Assembly: GCA_051439505.1 (NCBI GenBank)
Contig: JBFRWI010000093.1
Location: 1 to 54,933 of the forward strand
Reading direction: 5' to 3'
DNA from: Hormoscilla sp.
Lineage (GTDB): Bacteria; Cyanobacteriota; Cyanobacteriia; Cyanobacteriales; Desertifilaceae
Length of the DNA: 54,933 nucleotides
The notes below the pieces were generated by a model. It did no database searches and was not told the origin of the DNA. It saw nothing but the letters and a program-made list of their open reading frames with translations. How positions within the stretch are numbered: the stretch's first letter is position 1; each line of letters starts with the position of its first letter. The translations under genes were made by a program, and so were the position numbers. Shown piece by piece: positions 26,776-37,400 of the stretch.

Positions 26776-27591
26776 TTACATTACCTCTAAACTCCCTTTG
26801 TTCACATTGACTTTATTGCCTGACAACTCGACCGTCGCAGAACCCTTCTTTAAGTTAATTGCTGAAGATGTTATTTCTACCACTGCTGCTGTTGTCTTAC
26901 TCATTTTTACTCCTGAGTCCGTTAACTGCACCTTAGCTTGATCCTTCTCTAGGTTGAACGCACTTTCCGTTAATTCCGCGATCGACTTGCTCTTCTTTAA
27001 TCCGATCTTGTCCTTAGTCATTTCTATTTCCACCTGCTTTTCCGCCAACTTGATGCTATCTTCCGCGATCGTCACTATCGATTCTTTTCCGTTCTTTAAC
27101 TCGATCTCTTTTTCCGTTAATTTTACCGTCGTCTTATTGTTATTGTTGATTTCAATTCCCTTGTCATTAAATAGCACCTTCAAGGGTTTATCTACCACCG
27201 GTTTCCCCACCTCCACTGACAGATATTTTTCCCCTTTGCTCAGACTCCTGATGGCGATCGTGACTCCGGAGGTCTTAAACACCTGACATTTCTCTGGTTC
27301 CCCCGCTACCGTGGCGTCAGCAGCTTTTTTAGGCATTTCTGTCGAGCCCCAGAAAAAACCAGTCCAAATCGGGCGATCTATATTGCCTCCCTCGAATTCT
27401 ACCCAGACATTCGATCCTTTCGGCGGGATGGCAAACATGCCAATATCTTTACCTGCGTAGGGGACGCAGGGTTCCGCCCAGAGGCGCTTGTCTCCCAAGA
27501 CTGATGGCACGCTCACTTCCAGGCGACCTCGTTTGTTTAGATCTTTCGTATCTGTAACTTTTCCCCGATATTTGCCAAATAAATTATTCAT
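26776..27591 (-). CDS. CIS spike, gp5/VgrG C-terminal part (OB-fold plus beta-helix), copy A
   Basis: FGKYRGKV..D...GRL.VSVP..WAEPCVPYAG..VWVEFEGG..PIWTG; repetitive beta-strand C-terminus. Confidence 0.88.
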   Translation of the reverse strand: MNNLFGKYRGKVTDTKDLNKRGRLEVSVPSVLGDKRLWAEPCVPYAGKDIGMFAIPPKGSNVWVEFEGGNIDRPIWTGFFWGSTEMPKKAADATVAGEPEKCQVFKTSGVTIAIRSLSKGEKYLSVEVGKPVVDKPLKVLFNDKGIEINNNNKTTVKLTEKEIELKNGKESIVTIAEDSIKLAEKQVEIEMTKDKIGLKKSKSIAELTESAFNLEKDQAKVQLTDSGVKMSKTTAAVVEITSSAINLKKGSATVELSGNKVNVNKGSLEVM

Positions 27592-28718
27592 GGTATCACT
27601 ACTGGAACAGTTGCTCCTAAACCTTCACGAGTCAAAGTGAAGCTCTGTTTATATTTTCCGATCTCTAACTTGTGGGTGACGCTTTTGACATAATAGAGGC
27701 CGTCGTAACTTGTGCCTACCCCTCGCAAACCCACTAAACCCCTAGCCCTCAGTAAACTACCATAATTCTTGGAATCCAGTTCTCCTTCGACTGTGACTAC
27801 TTGGTCTAGAGAAGTATCTGTGAGGGACTGGACCCGGGCTTTAGACTGGGACTGATCCGACCCCTGAGGTGAAAGCAAGCGCTTCCGCACTTTACTCTGC
27901 TTCAAGCCCGATGAGGTGGCCAGAGTCGGACGCTTGCTCTTGGAGGATTTTACCTCCTGAGACTTATTCTTTTTATGGTCCTGCAATTCTCCAGATGCCT
28001 CGCTAGCAGCTAGAGCGTCATACTGGAAGTTAATGGAGTCCACATTGGAGTGCCACCCCATATTTACCGATAGGGCTGATTGAGGTACCCCCAACTTCTC
28101 CGGCGGTCCCCAATAGGCCATGCTCGTACCCGGGGCTGGTCCCGGGGAAACATAAAACACATAGCCATTCCTCTCGGCCATCTCCTTAATATATTCTAGG
28201 TCTGTGCCGCGCTGGGTCGGAATATATTCTGTCGGTAAGGGGGGCTTGTCCCCGGAAGGGGGTATTACTTTGGGAATTATACCGTATTGAGCATACTGGG
28301 CAATGATTTTGTTGACGATCGTCGTTTGATTCTGGGATGGATGCTGGGCGATTTTTTCCTCCATATCCATCATCACGCTCACGTCTTCCCCTGTCGCTAT
28401 TATTGTTGAAGACACCCCTGGTTGAGTACTCGGTTGTATTTGTTGGTTGGTTATTATGCCATCGCTGAGCACGTGGGGTATGCCGTTGAATATTACCACC
28501 AGGATGACCCGGTTCAACTGCTTTAGCTCCTTGAGCAGGGGATAATCTAGATCTGACATCCCATTGCGATTTGCCGTAAAGCTCATCTGAAACCCCGATC
28601 GCCCGGTATCGCTGTTGGTTACTTCCACGCTCACTAGGGATTCCAGCAGCAATCTGGATGCTGGCACTGGCACTGTTTTGCCTATTAGTATAGTCAGTTG
28701 TACGCCCAGAAAGATCAT
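27588..28718 (-). CDS. CIS baseplate hub (gp27/late control D-like, VgrG N-terminal part)
   Basis: GEDVSVMMD, TDLEYIKEMAERNGYVFY, YDGLYYVKSVTH; ATGA overlap with the spike gene. Confidence 0.82.
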   Translation of the reverse strand: MIFLGVQLTILIGKTVPVPASRLLLESLVSVEVTNSDTGRSGFQMSFTANRNGMSDLDYPLLKELKQLNRVILVVIFNGIPHVLSDGIITNQQIQPSTQPGVSSTIIATGEDVSVMMDMEEKIAQHPSQNQTTIVNKIIAQYAQYGIIPKVIPPSGDKPPLPTEYIPTQRGTDLEYIKEMAERNGYVFYVSPGPAPGTSMAYWGPPEKLGVPQSALSVNMGWHSNVDSINFQYDALAASEASGELQDHKKNKSQEVKSSKSKRPTLATSSGLKQSKVRKRLLSPQGSDQSQSKARVQSLTDTSLDQVVTVEGELDSKNYGSLLRARGLVGLRGVGTSYDGLYYVKSVTHKLEIGKYKQSFTLTREGLGATVPVVIP

Positions 28719-28739
28719 TTTTTTGTTTGGGGCTAATTG

Positions 28740-29042
28740 TTAAAGAGTTCCCTGGATATATGGCTGCGGCACCCGGATCTGTTTCCCTGGGGTGGCTGTC
28801 AGATCGAAGGGGTTCATCGTGTTGTTCGCATCGCACAGCTGCCAGAACAGTTCTGGAGACCCGATGTACCTGCTGGCGATCGCGTCTGGCCGATCGCCCT
28901 CTGTTACTGTCACTTCTACCAGCAACTTCAGCTTTTCACTCTGGGGCAGAAACCGCCGGCGCTTATAGGCGACGATTTTCCCATCTGCCTCTGTAAAGTT
29001 GGCTGTCTCTAGATTGTAGTAACGGCTTGTTTCTGATATCAT
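28740..29042 (-). CDS. CIS LysM-like baseplate/tube-initiator protein
   Basis: SRY..VTEGDRPDAIASRYIGSPELFWQLCDAN..PG..IRVP. Confidence 0.82.
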   Translation of the reverse strand: MISETSRYYNLETANFTEADGKIVAYKRRRFLPQSEKLKLLVEVTVTEGDRPDAIASRYIGSPELFWQLCDANNTMNPFDLTATPGKQIRVPQPYIQGTL

Positions 29043-29068
29043 GGTTTTGCGCTCCCTGTACTTCCGGT

Positions 29069-29689
29069 CTATCCAGTCACCGTATTGGCAGTTTTCATGG
29101 CTGCCATCACTTCCTTCACGATCTGATGACCCATAAACATTGAACCACCTACGCTTAACAATTTCAATTCGCTATAGGTGAGCACTTGCATCTCTAGGCT
29201 AACTTCTGAGCGGATCGGATTCAGATTGACATCATATGCTTGTTCTTCTATGGACATACTCTCGATCCGCACCGGCACTATCCGCTTTATCCCCCACATA
29301 AACACCGTTAACGGCGGGCTTTTCGACATTATCTCTAGAGTTCCTGCTAGTATCATTGCTTCCTGAGCAATTACGTCCACGCTCATCGGATATATTAGTG
29401 TTTCTAAGGCGGCTAGCTGGGGGTGTATTCCCATACTGGTTGCCGTGCCATCTGCCTTTTCTAATTGATCCGTGGCATCTATTTCGATTTTCAGACTGAT
29501 TTTTTCTTCTGGTGGTTGGCTGATTTTCGTTCCCTCATTGTTTTCATAACCTGCTATCCTGGAAGTCAGACTCCGCGTCATTGTCTCTGGATTATATTGG
29601 AAAACAATCACCTTGGGTAGCGGTATCAAGGGGTCGATCGAGGCTATTGCCCCCTTCAGGGTACGCGGCGATCGGGGAAATGAACTCAT
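29069..29689 (-). CDS. CIS tube-initiator-like protein
   Basis: VIVFQYNPETMTR, EIDATDQLE, F.WG.KRIVPVRI..EE..D.NLNPIR..V. Confidence 0.8.
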   Translation of the reverse strand: MSSFPRSPRTLKGAIASIDPLIPLPKVIVFQYNPETMTRSLTSRIAGYENNEGTKISQPPEEKISLKIEIDATDQLEKADGTATSMGIHPQLAALETLIYPMSVDVIAQEAMILAGTLEIMSKSPPLTVFMWGIKRIVPVRIESMSIEEQAYDVNLNPIRSEVSLEMQVLTYSELKLLSVGGSMFMGHQIVKEVMAAMKTANTVTG

Positions 29690-30119
29690 TTTTTCGCTCG
29701 GGTAAGTTAACACCCAACCATTTTATCGGAATTCCCTTCAGTTCAAGTAACTTGTTACAAAATTTCGGAAATTGTTACAAAACGTTATACCTCTAACAAT
29801 GACATCAACCGGTAGTTGTCAAAGGCATGGATCGGGTAATTCCCCCACAGCAGATGTCAGGACTGGCGATATCCACTTCCAATAACTTGGACGAACAGAA
29901 ATTTTGGGTTAGATATTGACGAATCAGCTAGCAGGCTCTAATATATGGTCAGGATTTTTGGGTGGCGATCGCCGGCAGAAAGAGCGAGCAGATCCTATGG
30001 AAGTTAGTCAAGTATTTTGACGGCTTCGACAGATTACTGGTTAGGGAGACGGTGCCGAAAACAAAACAAAGGTTAGGCCACAAAAAATCATGGTGAGATA
30101 AAAAAATATTGCGATAATG

Positions 30120-30148
30120 TTGACAAGCAGATCTAGAGGCACTAAAAT
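30120..30148 (+). promoter_or_regulatory. Near-consensus sigma70 promoter for the rightward CIS operon
   Basis: TTGACA-17 bp-TAAAAT. Confidence 0.65.
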
Positions 30149-30266
30149 ATGGTTATCAGTTTTTAAGGGCGATCGCGCCCAGGAGCAAAAATACTTGTTT
30201 TTGGGCGACGGGTGTGGCCCCTTCGCCCATTGGTAGGATCCAAAACCGGTCAGGCGTTCGCCCGGC

Positions 30267-30546
30267 GCTGATTCCCGTTTTAATGGTGCTGATTCAGGGG
30301 AAATTAGAGCTAATTCCCGTTTTGGTGGTGCTGACTCCTGGGAATCAGAGCTGATTCCTGTCTCGGTAGTGCTGATTACTGTCCCGGTAAGGCTGATTAC
30401 TGGGAATCAAAGCTGATTCCCGTTTCGGTGGTGCTGACTCCTGGGAATCAGAGCTGATTCCCGTTTCGGTGGTGCTGACTCCTGGGAATCAAAGCTGATT
30501 CCCGTTTCGGTGGTGCTGATTACTGGGGAATCAAAGTCAATTCCCC
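30267..30546. repeat. ~41-bp tandem repeat (6-7 units) built from ~20-bp GCTGA(T/C)T sub-units
   Basis: GCTGATTCCCGTTTCGGTGGT-GCTGACTCCTGGGAATCA(G/A)A repeated. Confidence 0.9.
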
Positions 30547-30724
30547 ACCCGGTTGGGTGCAAATCTCCGATGGTACAATAGGCTATGGGCAAGACTTGTG
30601 AGATCTTTCCCACCCAGTAGCCAGCACAGATTACCGGTTAAGGAGACGGTGCTGACAACCTTGGGGCAGGCGATCCGCCCTAGGAACCTCCAACTTCCAG
30701 GTTGGGCAAAAAAAACAGCGTTAT

Positions 30725-31552
30725 ATGACAGAATATTTTGGCAAATATCGTGGTACAGTCAAAAATAATCAAGACCCCAACAAGCTGGGCCGACTGCAAG
30801 TAAGCGTGCCCTCGGTGCTGGACACGGATAACCAAAACTGGGCCCTGCCTTGCGTACCCTACGCGGGCAAAGATATAGGGATGTTTACAATCCCGCCAAA
30901 AGGGGCTAAGGTATGGGTAGAATTTGAGGGCGGCAATCGAGAACGCCCGATTTGGACCGGCTGTTTCTGGGGAGATAAGGAACTGCCTAAGGAGGCGGAG
31001 GTAGCTTACGAACAAAATAACGATCCAGCGGAGATTCAAGTTTTTAAGACGGAAGAACTCATTGTCATCATAAGTAGGCGAAAGCAAAAGGAAGGATTGA
31101 CCTTGGAAGTAAAAATGCCTAAAAAAGATAACCAGAATGAGAAAAGGTTACTCAAAGTGGTGTTAAATAAGGAGGGGATTGAAATCAAGAATGATAAGGA
31201 AACCCTGTTAAAAATGACAGAGGATCTGCTGGAGTTGAAAAATCTGGAAACGCTAGTGGATATAACCGCCAAGCAGATCCAGCTGAAGGAGAAGGAAAAG
31301 GGGGAGTTGAAGCTGGTGGCAGAGGGGATAGAATTGAAGAAAGAATCGTCTACGGCAAATTTTACTCAGGATGGCATTGATCTGAAGAACGGGAAGTCCC
31401 AGATGCAGTTGGCTTCATCTGGTATAAAAGTAAGTAACGATCAATCGGTTGTCGAAGTAGGATCGGCTATAGATCTAAAAGGTGGCGGGGGAGCAAAGAT
31501 AAATTTATCGGGGAAAGTCAAAGTTAATGATGGTAATCACGAAGTAATGTAA
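30725..31552 (+). CDS. CIS spike, gp5/VgrG C-terminal part, copy B
   Basis: YFGKYRGTV..DP..LGRLQVSVP..WALPCVPYAGKDIGMF..VWVEFEGG..PIWTG; paralogue of 26776-27591. Confidence 0.88.
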   Translation: MTEYFGKYRGTVKNNQDPNKLGRLQVSVPSVLDTDNQNWALPCVPYAGKDIGMFTIPPKGAKVWVEFEGGNRERPIWTGCFWGDKELPKEAEVAYEQNNDPAEIQVFKTEELIVIISRRKQKEGLTLEVKMPKKDNQNEKRLLKVVLNKEGIEIKNDKETLLKMTEDLLELKNLETLVDITAKQIQLKEKEKGELKLVAEGIELKKESSTANFTQDGIDLKNGKSQMQLASSGIKVSNDQSVVEVGSAIDLKGGGGAKINLSGKVKVNDGNHEVM

Positions 31553-31570
31553 AGGTTGTCCGATCGAAGA

Positions 31571-31939
31571 ATGAGTATGGAAATAGCATATCCTTTTCAC
31601 ATAGACGATCGCAAGCGAGTAGCAGAGGCGGACTGGTCGGAACATATCCGTCAGATGATCGAACAAGTGCTCTTCACCACCCCGGGAGAACGAGTTAACC
31701 GGCCAACATTTGGCTCCGGTCTCATGCAATTGATTTTTGCTCCCAATAGTCAAGACATGAATAGTGCGGTCGAGTTGATGGTACAAGGATCTTTGCAGGA
31801 GTGGTTAGGAGAACTGATTCAGGTAGAAAGCCTGGCGGTAGAGACAGAAGATACTAAGTTAAAGGTGACAGTTACATATATAATTAGACGCAATCAGCAA
31901 CGGGAAGTGGCCCAGTTCGAGCAAGGAGGGGCGCTATGA
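31571..31939 (+). CDS. GPW/gp25 family baseplate (sheath-initiator) protein
   Basis: HIRQMIEQVLFTTPGERVNRPTFGSGL. Confidence 0.92.
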   Translation: MSMEIAYPFHIDDRKRVAEADWSEHIRQMIEQVLFTTPGERVNRPTFGSGLMQLIFAPNSQDMNSAVELMVQGSLQEWLGELIQVESLAVETEDTKLKVTVTYIIRRNQQREVAQFEQGGAL

Positions 31940-34437
31940 GCGACGAATATATCGTCACAGACAGCCAATTCCGACATCAGCGACGGGTGGCCCTGAGTCA
32001 TCACCCCAGTCAGATAGGGCTTGATTATATTAAGGTCGAGTGGGTCGGGAATGATAATCACGAGTGGGATCTATGGGTCTATTTCGTGCCAGGGGCACCG
32101 GGCACAATTAAACAGGTGGCTCCCGCAACAGTCACTGCTAGCAATATCAGCATTACTAAAGGTGGAGCGGTCAGCAGGGATGTTGAGTTGCTCTGTCCGG
32201 GGCCGGAAGGAGCAGTCAACACAGAGGGAAACCTGCTGAAACTCAAGGTTAAGCATCAGTTAAAATCAGGGGAAAGCGAGGAACAGAGCAATTCTTATAT
32301 ATTAGAACTGATTAGTATAGACAAGGTAGATCGGTTCTTCAAGGAACTGAGTTTTGGATTCAGAAAACCTTATCAGATCACCACTAAAGTTGACCCCCAA
32401 CAGCAGCCGCCCGGGGAGTTGCAAGTTAGCGAGCCGATAGAGATTACCTATCTAGCAAAGGACTATAGCAGCTTTCGCCAAGTAATACTCGATCGCCTGT
32501 CGGTGGTGATGCCTCAATGGATAGAGCGCAATCCATCTGACATCGGCATTATGCTAACGGAAATATTGGCTTATGCTGCTGACAATGCTAGCTATTATCA
32601 GGATGCGGTGGCCACAGAAGCCTACCTGAGCAGGGCGAGACAACGGATTTCGATCCGTCGCCACTGTCGTCTGGTAGACTACGCTCTCCATGAAGGCTGC
32701 AATGCCCGGGTTTGGGTATATATAGAGTTCAACTTCGAGCAGCCGGAGGTGCTAGAAAAGAATACAAAGCTAGTCACTGGTGCATCAAACACCTTGCCGG
32801 TGCTCAATCCTGACTCCCGGGAGGCGGCTGAGGTGCTGGGAAAAAAAGGCGCAAAAATTTTTCAAACCCTACACGACCGAGAACTGCGATCGGAGCACAA
32901 TGAAATAGAATTTTATGCTTGGGGTGCTTCGGAGCTTTATCTGGAAAAAGGGGCCACGAAAGCAACATTGAAAGGGCGTTTCGAGCATTTGCAACCAGGA
33001 GACGTGCTGCTACTAGAAGAACTACAAAACCCCGAAACTGGTGAAGCTGGAAATCCCGATCGCCGTCAGGTGGTGCGCTTGACTAAGGTAGATCCCAAGC
33101 AGGAAGACCCCCTAGCAGGAAGATTTAAGAACCCGCCAGATTATACGGCACAGCCGCTAACGGAGATTGAATGGGATATTCAAGATGCCCTGACTTTCCC
33201 TCTGTGCGTCGCCAAGGCTATGTGCGGGGAAACGTCGGAGCCAATTAGCGTCGCTCGGGGTAATATCATACTGGCAGATCACGGGGAAAGTCAGCCGGAA
33301 GAGGAACTGCCAGAGGTGCCAGCATCGGGTGATTATCGTCCCCAACTGCAAGAAAGCGATCTCACCTATGGGGAAGTTTACAACCACGAACAGGCAAAAG
33401 CATCCTCGGCAGCAGAAATGATGCAGCAAGACCCCCAAGCAGCAGTACCCCTGTTGGAGTTGCGATCGTACTCTAGCACTAGCGAAGATTGGGAAACCTG
33501 GCATGTCCGACCCGACCTCTTGAATAGCGATCAGTTTGCTACGGATTTTGTGGTAGAAATGGATAACGATCGCATTGCTAACCTGCGCTTTGGAGATGGG
33601 GATCTGGGCAAGGTACCTTCGGTGGGGATGAAAATGCTAGCCAACTACCGCAGGGGAAACGGTGCTGCCGGGAATGTGGGCAGAGAGGCGATCGCCTACC
33701 TGCTTCCGAAAAATGGCGATCGCTACTCGGAACTGGTGGGAAAAATTAGCCTGGTGTCCAACCCCTTAGCCGCCCAGGGAGGCATAGACCCCGAACCCCT
33801 CGCGGAAGCCCGTCTGAACGCCCCCCAAGCTTTCCGCGTCCGTCAAAGCTGTGTCACCGAAGCGGACTATGTTGAGGTGATGGAACGTCACCCGGAGGTG
33901 CAAAGGGCAGCCGCTCAACTGCGCTGGACCGGAAGTTGGTATACCGTGTTTATTGCGGTCGATCGCTATGGGGGCAAAGCGCTTGACGATGAATTTAAAG
34001 AGGAATTGCGCGATTATATCATGCCATTCCGACTGATGGCTCACGACCTGGAGATTGTGGAACCGACCTTTGTTCCCCTAGATAGCTTGTTGCTGGTAGA
34101 AATAAAAGATGGTTATTTTCAGAGCAGTATCTTCCGCGAACTCGGAAATACCTTCAGTAACCAAGACTTGCCCGACGGCAAGCGCGGCTTTTTTCATCCA
34201 GATAACCTCAGCTTCGGTCAGCCAGTTTATCTGAGTCAAATTATCCAGCGAGCCATGGAAATTGCTGGGGTCTACCGAGTAGAGGCCAAACGCTTTCAGG
34301 TATGGGGTCGGACCCCCTTGGGAGAACTGGACGCCGGGATAATTACTACCGAGGCTTTGTCGATCGTGCAGGTGGATAATAACCCCTATACTCCGGAAAA
34401 TGGTTTATTAGAATTTGAACTAGAGGGTGGAATATGA
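31936..34437 (+). CDS. CIS baseplate wedge protein (baseplate J/gp6-like)
   Basis: YLAKDYSSFRQ..D.GIML.E.LAY..YYQDAVATEAYL; LRFGDG..G; YRRGNG..GNVG; VTEADY. Confidence 0.88.
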   Translation: MSDEYIVTDSQFRHQRRVALSHHPSQIGLDYIKVEWVGNDNHEWDLWVYFVPGAPGTIKQVAPATVTASNISITKGGAVSRDVELLCPGPEGAVNTEGNLLKLKVKHQLKSGESEEQSNSYILELISIDKVDRFFKELSFGFRKPYQITTKVDPQQQPPGELQVSEPIEITYLAKDYSSFRQVILDRLSVVMPQWIERNPSDIGIMLTEILAYAADNASYYQDAVATEAYLSRARQRISIRRHCRLVDYALHEGCNARVWVYIEFNFEQPEVLEKNTKLVTGASNTLPVLNPDSREAAEVLGKKGAKIFQTLHDRELRSEHNEIEFYAWGASELYLEKGATKATLKGRFEHLQPGDVLLLEELQNPETGEAGNPDRRQVVRLTKVDPKQEDPLAGRFKNPPDYTAQPLTEIEWDIQDALTFPLCVAKAMCGETSEPISVARGNIILADHGESQPEEELPEVPASGDYRPQLQESDLTYGEVYNHEQAKASSAAEMMQQDPQAAVPLLELRSYSSTSEDWETWHVRPDLLNSDQFATDFVVEMDNDRIANLRFGDGDLGKVPSVGMKMLANYRRGNGAAGNVGREAIAYLLPKNGDRYSELVGKISLVSNPLAAQGGIDPEPLAEARLNAPQAFRVRQSCVTEADYVEVMERHPEVQRAAAQLRWTGSWYTVFIAVDRYGGKALDDEFKEELRDYIMPFRLMAHDLEIVEPTFVPLDSLLLVEIKDGYFQSSIFRELGNTFSNQDLPDGKRGFFHPDNLSFGQPVYLSQIIQRAMEIAGVYRVEAKRFQVWGRTPLGELDAGIITTEALSIVQVDNNPYTPENGLLEFELEGGI

Positions 34438-37400
34438 CAAGCTCTACAGAAAACCAACCAGAAGAAATTTATAATCAGCCAGGGCTGCTCTCGTTATCCT
34501 ATCGCATTACTAGGCATGATGACAGCCTCAGGCGCATGCTGGCCCAGTTGCATACTCAGACAAGTCCCCCGGACGACAAGAAGGGCGATCGACCCCTGGC
34601 GAAACTGACCACAAGCCATCGCAATGACCCGGCGATCGCCCTTCTGGATGGTTGGGCGACGGTGATGGAGGTGCTGACTTTCTACCAAGAACGGATCGCT
34701 AATGAAGGCTTCGTGAATACGGCCACGGAACGACTCTCGGTACTGGAATTGAGTCGCACCGTCGGCTACGAACTGGACCCTGGAGTCGCTGCTAGTACCC
34801 ACCTGGCCTTTACGATCGAAGAGTCGGATGACGTGCCGGAAATTGTGATAGTGCCCGAGGGAGTGAGAGTTGAAAGCGTACCCATCGCCGATGAAGACCC
34901 TCAGATATTTGAGACCATTGAAACCTTGGAAATGCGGGGGGCCTGGAATATCCTGCAACCCTATTTCCCATCAGTCACCATCCCTCAAGAAATTGGGGAA
35001 GATACAGTAGAACTTAAGCTCTCGGGTACGGAGACAGAACTGGCAGAGGGGGACGCCCTGTTGGTAGTGGAAGAGCAAGTAGAACCCTATGAAAGTCGCT
35101 ATCTAACTCTACTTGCTGTCGAGCCTAACGATGAAGAGGATTACACCCTGGTTTCTTGGTCCGGTGGTTTGGGTTGGGAACCCCGCAGCGAGATCCAAGT
35201 ACACTCTTTACCGGAACAAGCGACTCTATTTGGTAGCGATGCCCCGGACTGGAATGAACTGAGTCCGGAAGAGAAACGCCTGTACGGTCACGACACCGGT
35301 GGTGTTTTTAGCTATATTAATACCACCGAATGGAAGTCAATTTCTACTGGCTTACTGAAGAACGCTGATGTCCGGGCTTTGGTGCGCGAGACCCACACTG
35401 GTAGTCTGTTTGTCGGGACTCATAACGGCATCTTTCGCTCTCGGGATGAGGGCAAAAATTGGGTGGAGATGAACAGGGGCTTGACAAATATTGACATATA
35501 CTCTCTGGCGGTGAATGAGAAAGGATACCTATTTGCAGGGGCCACAGAGGGTAATGTCTTTAGAAGCATTGACCTGGGAGAAAGTTGGGTAGAGATAGGC
35601 AGTGGCGGCGTTAGCATTGTTATTCAATATCAAGTTCCCAGTGTCGATTCACTCCAGAGTGCAGCGGATACACTCAAGGGTGCAGCAGATTCACTTGAGG
35701 GCGCAGCAGATTCACTTGATGGTGGAGAAGGTAATGCAGAAGAGATAATCAGGGGTGCAGAAACTACAACCCGGAATGCAGAAACTACAACCAGGGGTGC
35801 AGCAGCAACACTAGATACACTCCCGGGTGATGTAGAGGATTATGATGCATGGGTAGTCAAAAAAACGAAGTACATAGAAACAAGCTTGCCCAGCAGTATT
35901 ATCCGCTGTCTTGCTGTTTATGACAACATTATCTATGCTGGCACTGAATATGGTATCTTTGGTTCTCAAGATAGTGGTCGAAAATGGAAAGACCTGAATA
36001 AAGGAGACAATGAACCTCCGGAAGTGAGTGGTGATATTACTGAATTGAGTGGTCATATTGTCTATGCAATTGCGAGAATAGATCATCAGATATTTGTGGG
36101 AACAGATGGGGGTGTATTTTACTCCAACGCCGATAGCAATGGGTGGATCGACGGCCAGGGGTGGAATGACAATGGCATGAGCACGCAGATCGCCTATTCT
36201 TTAGTTGCGCTTCAGGAAGAACCTGGTTATTTATTTGCAGGGACAAAGGCAGGTGTATTTATCCGCACAATGGATGAGGGAACTTGGGTTCAGAAGAATA
36301 ATGGAGAGATGACAAGTGAAACCACTGTATATTCACTCAGTGTAGTGAGTAACGAAAGCAGCGAATATATATATGCAGGGACAAACCAGGGTGTATTTTA
36401 CTCCCAAGTTACCACCCCCGGTGATGCTGTGAATGTAACCTGGACGAAAATAAATAATGGATTGATAAATCGGGATATCCGTAGTATATTGGGATATGCT
36501 GATGGAGGTACGATCGCCTTGCTAGCAGGAAGTTGGTTCGATCGCCTGTATACGACGGAATGGCCTGGGTTCGAGCTTGCCGATCGCCAGGATATAGACT
36601 TGAATGGAACATATGAAAATATTTTAGCAGGCAGTTGGCTGGTACTGACCCATGACGATCGCTACGCGAAAAATCGCAGCCAGGCTTACAAGGTGAAGAG
36701 GGCGGCGACGGTTTTGGCCAATGATTTTGGGCAAAATGGGAAAATTACCCGCATTTATTTGGAAACAGGTGAGGGCCTGATAGACTTTGGGGGAGAAAAA
36801 TATCGAGAAACTGAGGTCAAGCTTGAAAGTGTTGCTTTAGAACTGTTCGAGGAAGTTATCCAGGAAGAACCGCCGGTTGAAGGAGACGAAATAGAATTAG
36901 ATAAAGTGGTGCCGGGACTGGAAGCGAAGCGGAAAATTATTATTAGTGGCAAGCAAATGCGGGTCAGGATACCTCCTATGGGCGGTGTCGTCCGCCAGTC
37001 CCTGTTGAGCGACAAAACTTGGGCCACCCTGGTTAATGACTTGACGAAGGATGGTCAGAAGGACTGGACCTATACTGATGTGAATGACTTGTTAGTCCAC
37101 AAGGAGAGTCACAGGGAAAAGATATTTGCCGGCACAGGAGGGGGGGTATTGACCCTGGAACTGGGAAGCGATATCTGGCTGGAACTGACAAGTATCCGCT
37201 CTGTTAAGTACTACGATGAAGGTGAAACCCGCTATATATTGGCAGGTACAGCAGCGGGAGTATTTCGATATGATGGGACTAGCTGGAGCCATATGAATAC
37301 GGGCTTGAAAAATACAGATGTGCGAGCGCTGGAAATATATGAAGACGTAGAAGGTAACATCAGCATCATAGCAGGCACGGGAGGGGGAGTATTTATATAT

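Noticed and set aside
30267..30546. Possible CRISPR array
   Set aside because: No unique spacers; it is a pure tandem repeat
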